Positions 1-7,603 of a DNA stretch of 35,047 nucleotides are shown here, one piece after another. The stretch is from Pedosphaera sp. (lineage in GTDB: Bacteria > Verrucomicrobiota > Verrucomicrobiia > Limisphaerales > SXTU01). Location of the stretch: the NCBI GenBank assembly GCA_043731805.1, contig JAYTIO010000685.1:1-35047 (forward strand), written 5' to 3'. The notes beneath the pieces were generated by a model that saw nothing but the letters and a program-made list of their open reading frames with translations, searched no databases and was not told the DNA's origin. The translations under genes and the position numbers were made by a program. Position 1 is the stretch's first letter. The number at the start of each line of letters is the position of its first letter.

Positions 1-229
1 CGGCTTGCACGGCGAGGGTGGAGAATTCCTTGAGCACCTCGTTTTGCAGTGCCTCCGTAAGGAACGGCAGTTTGCTCATCTCGAGCGTGACGGACTCAAG
101 CTCGGCTGGTTCGAGATGCTTGAGCAACTCGCCCGCCGTCTCGGCGCCGAGCACGATGAGGAACGTGGCGAAGCGCTGGGGCTTGGTCATCTGCGCGTAG
201 TCCAGCGAGGAGATGGCGGAGTCGGGCAT
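1..229 (-). CDS. fliG: Flagellar motor switch protein FliG, N-terminal part (gene continues beyond window start)
   Basis: Absent from the ORF track because there is no stop in the window. The reverse strand from ATG 229-227 reads MPDSAISSLDYAQMTKPQRFATFLIVLGAETAGELLKHLEPAELESVTLEMSKLPFLTEALQNEVLKEF, the usual FliG N-domain pattern. It begins 13 nt after the fliF stop. Confidence 0.8.
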   Translation of the reverse strand, partial: MPDSAISSLDYAQMTKPQRFATFLIVLGAETAGELLKHLEPAELESVTLEMSKLPFLTEALQNEVLKEFSTLAVQA

Positions 230-242
230 GGTGGCGGCTAGG

Positions 243-1853
243 TTAGTTGTTGCTGGGGTTAGGCCGGCCGGCCATCCACGAGCGGACGGCTTGCGTCATA
301 TTTTCGGGATGCTGGCGGACCATCTGGTTCAAGGCCTCGACGGTGAGGGTATCCTGGCTGGGGTGCCGTTCGCCGGAAGTCGCGGCGCGGTCCGTAGCGC
401 CGGCCATCTGACCGACGGGCACGCCGAGCGGGATGGTCTCGCCGGGCGCGCTCTTGAGGCCGCGCCAGAAGAGGAACAGGGCGGCGAGCGCGAGGGCGCC
501 GTAGCCGCCTTGGCGGGCGGCCTCGAGCCAGAAATCTCGCTGCTGCTGGACCTCGAGCTTGCTGACCAGCTCGGTGCCGAGGTCGTCGTTGAAGGCCATT
601 TCCTCCAGCGTGATTTCGTCGCGGCGGGTGGCGTCGTTCTCCACGAGGCCGAGCGCGGTGCGGACGATGGTGCGGAGCTTCTTCAACTCCTCTTCCGAGC
701 GCGGCACGGCTTTGCGGTCCTTGCCGGCGCCTTGCATTTTCGCGGCGACGAAGACGGCGGCGGAGACCCGTTTCAGCCCGCCGGCGGCCAGCACGGTGTT
801 GCTGGTGATTTTGTTAATCTCGTATTGGGTGTTGCCAACTTTCTTCTTCACCTTCGAGGTCGTCTGCGGGCCGCTGGCCACTCCGTTCGTGTCGGTGTTC
901 GCGTTGGCGACGACGCCGGGCGCGCCGCCGGTGCCGCCGGTGCTGGTGGCGCTGTCGGTGTTCTCGTCGGTCACGGTCGAGGACCGGATGACCTGACCTT
1001 CGGGATCAAACTTTTCTTCCGTGCGGGTGAGGGAGTCGAAGTTGATTTCCGTGGCGACGCGGACGACGGCTTGGCCGGGGCCGAGGACGCGTTCGAGCAT
1101 CCCCTCGGCTTTCTTGGCGAGGTAGTTCTCGAAGTTCTTCCGCGCGTTGAGCTGGGTGCTCGAGAGCCCGCCGATGACGTCGTTCTCGTTGTTCTCGGAG
1201 AGGACGTTGCCGTGGTTGTCCACGACGCTGACGAAGTTGGCTTGGAGGCCCTCGACGGCGTTGGCGACGAGGAAGCGGATGGAGTTGACGGCGCTGGTGG
1301 GGAGCTGGGCGTGGGCGTGGAGTTTGACAAAGACGGAGGCGGTGGCGCGGCGGGTGTTGTCGGTGAGGAGGCGGTTCTCGGGCATGACAATCATCACGCG
1401 GGCGGCCTCGACCTCGTCGAGCTGGCTGATGGTGCGGGCGAGTTCGCCCTGGACGGCGCGGGAGTAATTGGCGCGCTGGACGAAGTCGGAGATGCCGAAG
1501 TTGGGCTTGTCGAAGATCTCGAAGCCGACGCCGTCGCCGCGTGGGATGCCCTTCGACGCGAGTTGCATGCGCAAGGCGTGGACCTTGTCAGCGGGGACGA
1601 GGAGGGCGCCGTTGGGGCCGGTGCGGTAAGGGGTTTTGGATTCGTTCAGGACGGCGACGACCTTGGCGGCTTCGGCGTCGTCGAGCTTGCCGTAGAGGAG
1701 GCCATAGCTGACGCGGGTGGAGAGGAGGGCCATGGCCGCGAGTCCGCCGAGGACGGCGAGCGTGGCGAGGACGAGGGTGACGCGTTGGTTGATGCCGAGC
1801 TGCTTCCAGATGCCGGCAAGTTGCTCGCTCAGTTGGGAGAAGGGGCTGTTCAT
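243..1853 (-). CDS. fliF: Flagellar M/S-ring protein FliF
   Basis: 536-aa ORF with an N-terminal TM segment (VTLVLATLAVLGGLAAMALL). Conserved blocks are FVQRANYSRAVQGELARTI and ARVMIVMPE, and there is a C-terminal hydrophobic segment. Located between fliE and fliG. Confidence 0.95.
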   Translation of the reverse strand: MNSPFSQLSEQLAGIWKQLGINQRVTLVLATLAVLGGLAAMALLSTRVSYGLLYGKLDDAEAAKVVAVLNESKTPYRTGPNGALLVPADKVHALRMQLASKGIPRGDGVGFEIFDKPNFGISDFVQRANYSRAVQGELARTISQLDEVEAARVMIVMPENRLLTDNTRRATASVFVKLHAHAQLPTSAVNSIRFLVANAVEGLQANFVSVVDNHGNVLSENNENDVIGGLSSTQLNARKNFENYLAKKAEGMLERVLGPGQAVVRVATEINFDSLTRTEEKFDPEGQVIRSSTVTDENTDSATSTGGTGGAPGVVANANTDTNGVASGPQTTSKVKKKVGNTQYEINKITSNTVLAAGGLKRVSAAVFVAAKMQGAGKDRKAVPRSEEELKKLRTIVRTALGLVENDATRRDEITLEEMAFNDDLGTELVSKLEVQQQRDFWLEAARQGGYGALALAALFLFWRGLKSAPGETIPLGVPVGQMAGATDRAATSGERHPSQDTLTVEALNQMVRQHPENMTQAVRSWMAGRPNPSNN

Positions 1854-1872
1854 GGCGGGGGGAACGTGCCGA

Positions 1873-1907
1873 GGTCCAGGGTCCAGGGTCCAAGGTTGAT
1901 GGTCCAG
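1873..1907. repeat. Tandem heptanucleotide array: GGTCCAG x3 perfect plus 2 degenerate units (ggtccaa, ggttgat)
   Basis: Read directly as ggtccag ggtccag ggtccaa ggttgat ggtccag. It lies in the 174-bp fliE-fliF spacer, 20 nt upstream of the fliF ATG. Confidence 0.9.
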
Positions 1908-2027
1908 AGGCGACGCTTTAACTCAGATGGGGGCGAGGGCGGCTCGACCGTTCTGCGCGCCAGTTTGGCGCGGGGCGCGGGGCGCTGCTTTGGCGCTGGG
2001 GAGGGGGGGCCGGGGAGTTTCATGGCG

Positions 2028-2411
2028 TCACACCTGCATCCGCATGAGTTCCTGATAGGATTCGAGGAGTTTGTTCCGGACCTCGACCATCAGCTGGAAG
2101 GACACGCTGGCTTCTTCCATCGCAATCATCGCCTGGTGCAGCGGGACGTTCTGGCCGGCGAGGAGGGCGTTGACGGTGTCCTTGGAGGCGGCCTGCTTGG
2201 CGTTCACGCCTTGCACGAGGTCGCCGAGCAACTCGCCGAAGACGTCGCGGCCGCTGCCCAGGGGCGCGAGCGGCTGGGGCTGGATGCGTTTGAGTTGCTC
2301 CAGGTCCGCCGGGGAGATGTTCGCCTGCTTGATGGCGTCCTCGGCGGCTTTGGGGAGGGGCATGCCTTGGAGGCCGGGGACGAGCGTGCGGATGGAGGCG
2401 AGGGGGTCCAT
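2028..2411 (-). CDS. fliE: Flagellar hook-basal body complex protein FliE
   Basis: 127-aa ORF. The C-terminus ...LHQAMIAMEEASVSFQLMVEVRNKLLESYQELMRMQV is the FliE signature. Position is flgBC-fliE-fliF. Confidence 0.9.
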   Translation of the reverse strand: MDPLASIRTLVPGLQGMPLPKAAEDAIKQANISPADLEQLKRIQPQPLAPLGSGRDVFGELLGDLVQGVNAKQAASKDTVNALLAGQNVPLHQAMIAMEEASVSFQLMVEVRNKLLESYQELMRMQV

Positions 2412-2457
2412 CTAGCGGGAACAGGGAATGAGGAATAGGGAATGGGGAAGCATGGCT

Positions 2458-2889
2458 TTAAGCGCGTTTGCCGAGGTTGAGGGTTTGCAGCGCCATGCTA
2501 CGGGCGGTCTTTACCACGGCGAGGTTCGCCTCGAACGAGCGCGACGCGGCGATCATGTCCACCATCTCTTCGTGGACGTTGATGTTGGGCATCGCGACCA
2601 AGCCCTGCGGGTTGGCATCGGGATGGCCGGGGTTGTAAACGAGCCGGGGCGGGCTGGTGTCCTTCGTGATGCGGGCGACGTTCAGGCTCTTGGTGCCTGC
2701 GTCCGTCGCCCCGGCCAACTGGCGGTTCAGCACGGCCTCGAAGACGACCTCCTGCCGCTGGTAAGGCTTGCCATCGGGGCCGCGCGTGGTGTTTGCGTTG
2801 GCGATGTTCTGGGAAATGACCTCCATGCGGATGCGCTCGGCCTCGAGCGCGGTCGAGGTGCTTTGAACACCGGTGAGCAAGGGGAGCAT
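2458..2889 (-). CDS. flgC: Flagellar basal-body rod protein FlgC
   Basis: 143-aa ORF. N-terminal rod motif SALEAERIRMEVISQNIANANTT. C-terminal VAMPNINVHEEMVDMIAASRSFEANLAVVKTA. Confidence 0.95.
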   Translation of the reverse strand: MLPLLTGVQSTSTALEAERIRMEVISQNIANANTTRGPDGKPYQRQEVVFEAVLNRQLAGATDAGTKSLNVARITKDTSPPRLVYNPGHPDANPQGLVAMPNINVHEEMVDMIAASRSFEANLAVVKTARSMALQTLNLGKRA

Positions 2890-2897
2890 GGCGTGAA

Positions 2898-3281
2898 TCA
2901 GGCGGCGCGGCCGGTGATGGCGTGGCGCAGTTTGAGGAGCGCGGATGTGATGAGCTGGGTCTCGAGCGTGTGTTCGAGGGTGTTCTGGTTGAGTTTCATC
3001 AACTCGGTTTCGAGCTGCACGGTGTTGCCGTCGCGGCCGCTGGACTTGGCGTTGAAGTCCACTTCGAGGCGGGGGTGGAGGGCGGCAAGTTGCGCCGGGT
3101 CTTGACCGGACACAGCCTGGCGCAGCTCGGCCTCGAAGGCAGGCGCGACATCGAGCCGTTTGTAGTTGGGCGTCTCGAGGTTGGCCAGGTTGCTGGCGAG
3201 CGCCTCGTGGCGGAGCACCGACACGTCCAGGAGCTTTTTGGTCGCCTGGTAGTTCGGCTGGTTGAACAGGGCTTCGATCAT
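2898..3281 (-). CDS. flgB: Flagellar basal-body rod protein FlgB
   Basis: Motifs are LRHEALASNLANLETPNYKRLDV and GNTVQLETELMKLNQNTLEHT. The ORF track starts at a TTG (3296). The sigma-54 promoter geometry puts the transcription start near 3295, so the ATG at 3281 (MIEALFNQ...) is the more likely start. Confidence 0.9.
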   Translation of the reverse strand: MIEALFNQPNYQATKKLLDVSVLRHEALASNLANLETPNYKRLDVAPAFEAELRQAVSGQDPAQLAALHPRLEVDFNAKSSGRDGNTVQLETELMKLNQNTLEHTLETQLITSALLKLRHAITGRAA

Positions 3282-3306
3282 GTCTCTGTAATCCAAGCGC
3301 TGTTCA

Positions 3307-3321
3307 GCAAGGCCGGTGCCA
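3307..3321 (-). promoter_or_regulatory. Sigma-54 (RpoN) -24/-12 promoter for flgB-flgC-fliE-fliF-fliG
   Basis: The plus strand reads GCAA-ggccg-GTGCCA, which on the minus strand is TGGCAC-cggcc-TTGCT. This is a perfect match to TGGCAC-N5-TTGCW. It lies about 26 nt upstream of the flgB ATG at 3281. Confidence 0.75.
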
Positions 3322-3520
3322 CGGGGAGAAAGCGCCGGAATGCAGGGGAATCAGGGACGGGGACGGGGGCGGCGGCAAAGTTTGCCGGAGCGGGACGGGA
3401 AGGAAGTTTCGAGGTGCTGGCGGAGTGGAGCGAGGACGCCTGCGTCCGCAGCAGGATAAGCGTCAGAAAAATTCGGGCAGGAAGATGACGGGAAAGGAAG
3501 CAGAGAGAGGGTTTCCCTGC

Positions 3521-3548
3521 TGACTGCTGACTGCTGACTGCTGGCTGC
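3521..3548. repeat. Tandem heptanucleotide array: TGACTGC x3 perfect plus TGGCTGC
   Basis: Read directly as tgactgc tgactgc tgactgc tggctgc. It lies 30 nt downstream of the response-regulator stop and about 200-240 nt upstream of the sigma-54 promoter. Confidence 0.9.
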
Positions 3549-3577
3549 GGACGTGGGCGTCCGCGCTCCAAGGGCGG

Positions 3578-5014
3578 TCAGTCTCCGTCGGCTTCGGCGT
3601 CGCCGCCGGTCTTGCCGGCATACTCGTTCAGCTTGTTGCGGAGGGTGCGGATGCTGATGTCCAGGAGCTTGGCGGCGTGGGTGCGGTTGTTGTTGCACCG
3701 CGCGAGGGCCGCGAAGATGTGGCGCTTCTCTAACTCGCCGAGAGTGGGAAAGGTGCCGTCCGCATCCGCGCCGGGCGGAGCCCCGGCGGCGGGCGTGCTC
3801 GAAGCGTCTGGCGAAGATGCAGCAGCGGGGACCGGGGCTGCGTTGATGCCGCTGAGGCCGAGGTGGTCGGGGCCGAGGGGTTCGCCGTCGGCGCACAGGA
3901 TGACGGCGCGCTCGATGACGTTTTGCAGCTCGCGGACGTTACCGGGCCAGTCGTGGGCGGTGAGGGCGGTGAGGCACTCCTTCGAGAAGCCTTGCACGCG
4001 GACGCCGTGTTTGCGGGCCATGCGCTGCATGAACTGTTCGGCCAGGAAGGTGATGTCCGGGCGGCGGTCGCGCAGCGCGGGGACGGCGACGGGGACGACG
4101 TTGAGGCGGAAGAAGAGATCCTGGCGGAACTCCTTGCGCGCAACGCTCTGATCGAGGTCGCGGTTCGTGGTGGCGAGGACGCGCACGTCCACCTTGATGG
4201 TGCGGTTGCCGCCGACGCGCTCCAGCTCGCGCTCTTGCAGGACGCGCAGGAGCTTGGCTTGCACTTGGGGGGAAATCTCGCTGACCTCGTCAAGCAGGAT
4301 GGTGCCGCCGTGGGCCAGTTCGAAGCGACCTTCGCGCTTGTTCAGCGCACCGGTGAACGCGCCTTTCTCGTGGCCGAAGAATTCGCTCTCAATGAGGTTC
4401 TCGGGGATGGCGGCGCAATTGACCTTGATGAAGGCAGCGGCGGCGCGGGGGCTTTGCTTGTGCAGGGCGCGGGCGACGAGTTCCTTACCGGTGCCGCTCT
4501 CGCCTTGAATCAACACGGTGGCCTGGGTGCGCGCGACCTTGCGCAGGAGCGCGCGGAGCTGCTCCATCGCGGGGCTGTGGCCGAGGAGTTCGTAACCGGT
4601 TTCGGCGTCTTCCTCCTGGTTGAGGTAGGCGTTGACCTTGATGAGGCGGGTGAAGTCCTCGGCCTTCTGGATGCAGATTTCCAGCTGCTCGTTGGAGAAG
4701 GGCTTGATGAGGTAGTCGAACGCGCCGCTCCTCATGCACTCGACCGCCGATTCCACCGAGCCGTAGCCGGACATCATGATGACGAGCGGACGGGTGGGGC
4801 GGGTCTGCAACTCGCGCAGGAGCGTGGTGGCCTCGCCATCGGGCAGGCGCACGTCGGCGATGACGAGGTCCCAAGTGTCCTTGGCCAGATATTCGTGCGC
4901 GGCAGCGAGCGTGGGCGCGGCGGCCACGTCGTAGCGGCGGGCGCGCAACTGCTGCTCCAAGTTCTTGCGGATGATGAGGTCGTCTTCGAGAACGAGAATT
5001 TTCTCAATCGGCAT
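3578..5014 (-). CDS. Sigma-54-dependent response regulator (NtrC family; FleR/FlrC/FlbD-like flagellar activator by context)
   Basis: 478 aa. REC domain (ILVLEDD..., DLVIADVRLPDG). AAA+ sigma-54 interaction domain (GESGTGKE Walker A, GAFTGA loop, RVLATTNRDL). Low-complexity Ala/Pro linker. C-terminal Fis-type HTH (NRTHAAKLLDISIRTLRNKL). Confidence 0.93.
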   Translation of the reverse strand: MPIEKILVLEDDLIIRKNLEQQLRARRYDVAAAPTLAAAHEYLAKDTWDLVIADVRLPDGEATTLLRELQTRPTRPLVIMMSGYGSVESAVECMRSGAFDYLIKPFSNEQLEICIQKAEDFTRLIKVNAYLNQEEDAETGYELLGHSPAMEQLRALLRKVARTQATVLIQGESGTGKELVARALHKQSPRAAAAFIKVNCAAIPENLIESEFFGHEKGAFTGALNKREGRFELAHGGTILLDEVSEISPQVQAKLLRVLQERELERVGGNRTIKVDVRVLATTNRDLDQSVARKEFRQDLFFRLNVVPVAVPALRDRRPDITFLAEQFMQRMARKHGVRVQGFSKECLTALTAHDWPGNVRELQNVIERAVILCADGEPLGPDHLGLSGINAAPVPAAASSPDASSTPAAGAPPGADADGTFPTLGELEKRHIFAALARCNNNRTHAAKLLDISIRTLRNKLNEYAGKTGGDAEADGD

Positions 5015-5049
5015 GGGCGCGGAGACTAGCGAGGGACGGGGGGAAAGTA

Positions 5050-5125
5050 ATTAGTAATTGGTGACGCGTCACGGAGACGGGCGGGGTGCGCAGGCACAAG
5101 GGCTCAACAATCTTCAATTACTAAT
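5050..5125. promoter_or_regulatory. AT-rich inverted repeat enclosing a perfect palindrome (candidate operator or attenuator)
   Basis: ATTAGTAATTG (5050-5060) and CAATTACTAAT (5115-5125) are perfect reverse complements. GTGACGCGTCAC (5061-5072) is a 12-bp perfect palindrome. The element sits between the FlgN-like stop (5132) and the regulator start (5014). Confidence 0.4.
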
Positions 5126-5131
5126 CTCGCT

Positions 5132-5545
5132 TCACCGTCCGCCCTGCCGCCGATAGAGGTCCGCGACGAAGTGCGGGCGCTGGCGTTCCGGGGCCGGCAG
5201 GTGCTTCGGGGGGACGAGGCCGCGCCGGAGGAGTTGCTGCTCGTTCTCCCGGTCCAGGACGAGGATGCGCATGATGAGGTCTTGGTTCTGGCGGAGCAGG
5301 CCGGCGATTTGGGGCTGCCGGGCACGCTCGGCGGTGGGGAGCCGTTGCCAATCGAGGCGTTGTTGCTTGATGCGGCCGAGGGATTCGTCGAGGCGCGGGA
5401 GCAACGCCTTGCGGGCTTGGCAGAACTCGAAGCGCTTGGCCTCGTCGCCACTGCGCAAGGCGAGGCTCTCCTGCTCGACGAGCGTGAGCACTTCCTGGCA
5501 CAGGGCGAGGTGATCGGTGAGATCGCGGGTGATGGTGGCACTCAT
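5132..5545 (-). CDS. Small helical protein, FlgN-like (putative flagellar export chaperone)
   Basis: 137 aa. ATGA start/stop overlap with the upstream TPR gene. Helical heptad-like pattern (LALCQEVLTLVEQESLALRSGD...ARKALLPRLDESL...ENEQQLL) resembles FlgN. The assignment is by pattern only. Confidence 0.45.
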   Translation of the reverse strand: MSATITRDLTDHLALCQEVLTLVEQESLALRSGDEAKRFEFCQARKALLPRLDESLGRIKQQRLDWQRLPTAERARQPQIAGLLRQNQDLIMRILVLDRENEQQLLRRGLVPPKHLPAPERQRPHFVADLYRRQGGR

Positions 5546-6966
5546 TTCTTCGTGGGCAAGGCGGCGTTCTTAACGGCTTTCGGCGGCGCGTTGGTGGCGC
5601 GCGGAAGGGGCGGGGGCGGCACGGCGGCTTCGGCGGTGGCCTGCCAGCCGAGGTAGTCCTTCCGCCACCGGGCCATCTCGATGACGGTCTTCAGGGCGGG
5701 CGTGGCCGGGGCGAGTTCCTTCTCGCGGTCGAGGATTTTCGCGAAGCTCTCGACGGCTTTCGCGGGCTGCTTCAGGCGCTCGAAGATGAGGCCGATTTGA
5801 TACCACGCCGGCAGTTGCCACTGCGGCGAGCGGTCCAGTTGGGCGAGGCCTTGATAGACCTCGAGGGCCCCGAGGAGGTCGCCTTCCTGATAGAGCTGGT
5901 TGCCGATGTCGTTGCCGGCGCGCTGCTGCCAGTAGGCGAGCTGGGGGGCGTTGGTCTGGCTGACCCCGGTGAGCTGGCTCTGCATCAGCAGGAGGACTTC
6001 GCGCAGGGACTCGCGGGTGCGGCCTAGGGATTGGTAGGAGCGGGCGAGCAGGAAGCGCAGCTCGGGCACATCAGGCGAGTCGGCGTTGTGCTTCAGGAAA
6101 TCATTGCCCTGGCCGATGGTCTCGTCGTGCTTGCCTTGCGCATGCAGGGCGCGGACGAGCTTGAATTGGACCCTCGGCTTATCGAGTTCTGCCGTCTCCA
6201 AGCGGAGCAGGCGCGCGAGATATTCGGCGGCCTCGCCATGCTTGCCCTGGAGATAATAGGTGTCGGCAATCTCAATCTGCGCTTGGAGGACGAGGCGTTG
6301 GTAGTAAGGAAAGCGGTCGAGCTTGAGCGTCAGCGAACTGGAGAGCACGGCGTAGAACTTCGCCAGCGCGAGCGTGTGCGCGCCCAGTTCGCGATGGAGC
6401 AAACCCTGCCGCAGCAGCACCTCGGGCACTTGCGGCGCGGCTGGAAAGCGCGCGACGAAGTGGGCGAGCACCTGCTGGGCGCGGAGGAATTGGTTCGCCT
6501 GCTGGGCGGCCAGACCCAATTCGAGCAAGGCCGGACCCTTGATGTCGTCCGAGGCGTTGGATTCGAGGAGCGAGATGAGGGCGATGACGGCGTGGGAGAA
6601 TTCCTGCTTCTGCCGGAGCTGGCGGGCGGCTTCGAGCTGCTGCTCGTAGTCGCGTTGAATCCAGCTTGTCGCGTCGGTCTTGGGCGGAGCGGGCGGACGC
6701 AGGGCGGCGTTGCCCAAGCCTTCGGGGGCGGCGGGGGGCGCGTTCGTTTCGGAGGCGGACGCGGTGGGTTTGACCGGGGCGCGGGAGGGGTTGTCGGCGA
6801 GAAATTTGGCGATGGCGGAGTCCACCTTGGGCGCGGAGTTCGGGTCGGCTTCGGGGGCGTGAACGGCTTCGGCCTTAGCCGCGGGCTTGGCCGGCGCGCG
6901 GTCATCCGCCCCGGCCAGCGTGGCGGCAGCGAGCCAGAGCAGGATGACGAACGGGGCGCGGGCCAT
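5542..6966 (-). CDS. Secreted tetratricopeptide (TPR) repeat protein
   Basis: 474 aa. Signal peptide MARAPFVILLWLAAATLAGA, followed by an Ala/Pro-rich linker. Several TPR-like units are present (e.g. AEYLARLLRLE, LGALEVYQGLAQLD, AWYQIGLIFERLKQPAKAVESF). Confidence 0.8.
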   Translation of the reverse strand: MARAPFVILLWLAAATLAGADDRAPAKPAAKAEAVHAPEADPNSAPKVDSAIAKFLADNPSRAPVKPTASASETNAPPAAPEGLGNAALRPPAPPKTDATSWIQRDYEQQLEAARQLRQKQEFSHAVIALISLLESNASDDIKGPALLELGLAAQQANQFLRAQQVLAHFVARFPAAPQVPEVLLRQGLLHRELGAHTLALAKFYAVLSSSLTLKLDRFPYYQRLVLQAQIEIADTYYLQGKHGEAAEYLARLLRLETAELDKPRVQFKLVRALHAQGKHDETIGQGNDFLKHNADSPDVPELRFLLARSYQSLGRTRESLREVLLLMQSQLTGVSQTNAPQLAYWQQRAGNDIGNQLYQEGDLLGALEVYQGLAQLDRSPQWQLPAWYQIGLIFERLKQPAKAVESFAKILDREKELAPATPALKTVIEMARWRKDYLGWQATAEAAVPPPPLPRATNAPPKAVKNAALPTKK

Positions 6967-6969
6967 GGC

Positions 6970-7512
6970 TCAAGGCGTGGTGTAGCGCACCGTGCTCGAC
7001 GGCGGCACTGCGGGGCGCGGGGGGCTGAAGAACGGGGCGAGGACGCTCACCCCGGGCGCGTTGGTGCCCTGCGGACGGAAGTATTGGATGAGCATTTGCG
7101 GGGTCAGCAGGCTGTTCGGGTCGTTGGGATCAAGGAGCGGGCCCAGCAGCAACCCGGTGGGCGGCGGCGGCAAGAAGGGCGGGAAGACGACCGGCGGGTT
7201 GGTGGCGACGGGCGCGGGCGGCGCCGGGGGAAAGGTAACGACCGGTGGGGTCGCCGGCGGGGTGACGACAGTGGCAACGCCGACGGGCGGCGGGTTCGTC
7301 GCGGTGACGACCGCGACAGTGTTCGTCAGCAGGACCGGGGGCAACGGGTCTTCCAGTTCCAACTTCGGCAGCCGTGCCAGCGCCTGCGGCACGGAGCGCG
7401 CGCGCCCCGCAAAGCGCAGCGGGGCCGGGCCGATGAGCGCGAGGTAGCCCGCACTGGCGCTCGCCGACAGGGCGGCGGAACAGATGAGCGCGAGGCAGAG
7501 CGGACGGTTCAT
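6970..7512 (-). CDS. Secreted proline-rich hypothetical protein
   Basis: 180 aa. Signal peptide MNRPLCLALICSAALSASASA. Central PPV/PPA-rich tract. 3-nt gap to the TPR gene start. A sigma-28-type promoter lies upstream. Confidence 0.65.
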   Translation of the reverse strand: MNRPLCLALICSAALSASASAGYLALIGPAPLRFAGRARSVPQALARLPKLELEDPLPPVLLTNTVAVVTATNPPPVGVATVVTPPATPPVVTFPPAPPAPVATNPPVVFPPFLPPPPTGLLLGPLLDPNDPNSLLTPQMLIQYFRPQGTNAPGVSVLAPFFSPPRPAVPPSSTVRYTTP

Positions 7513-7543
7513 GTGACGCGGGGCGGCGGGGCACCCCGTTCAG

Positions 7544-7570
7544 TCATCGGCAGACGGCCTGGGGACTTGA
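7544..7570 (-). promoter_or_regulatory. Sigma-28 (FliA)-type promoter for the Pro-rich/TPR/FlgN-like operon
   Basis: The minus strand reads TCAAGTCC-ccaggccgtct-GCCGATGA, compared with the consensus TAAAGTTT-N11-GCCGATAA. The -10 element ends 31 nt upstream of the ATG at 7512. Confidence 0.55.
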
Positions 7571-7603
7571 GGAACTCTTCCGGTCTTACGTGCAAGTTCC
7601 CGC

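Noticed and set aside
213-2438. 741-aa plus-strand ORF spanning the fliF/fliE region. The same applies to 9359-11797 (+), 13097-15031 (+), 22053-23345 (-), 23545-26142 (-) and 30511-32391 (+).
   Set aside because: These are shadow ORFs antisense to well-supported genes. Their Gly/Arg/Ala/Asp-rich low-complexity translations are typical of stop-poor frames in high-GC DNA, and none has a recognisable motif.
5149-5156. GCCGATAG on the plus strand
   Set aside because: It lies inside the minus-strand FlgN-like ORF, has no TAAA- or TCAA-type -35 at the proper spacing, and has no plus-strand gene downstream.
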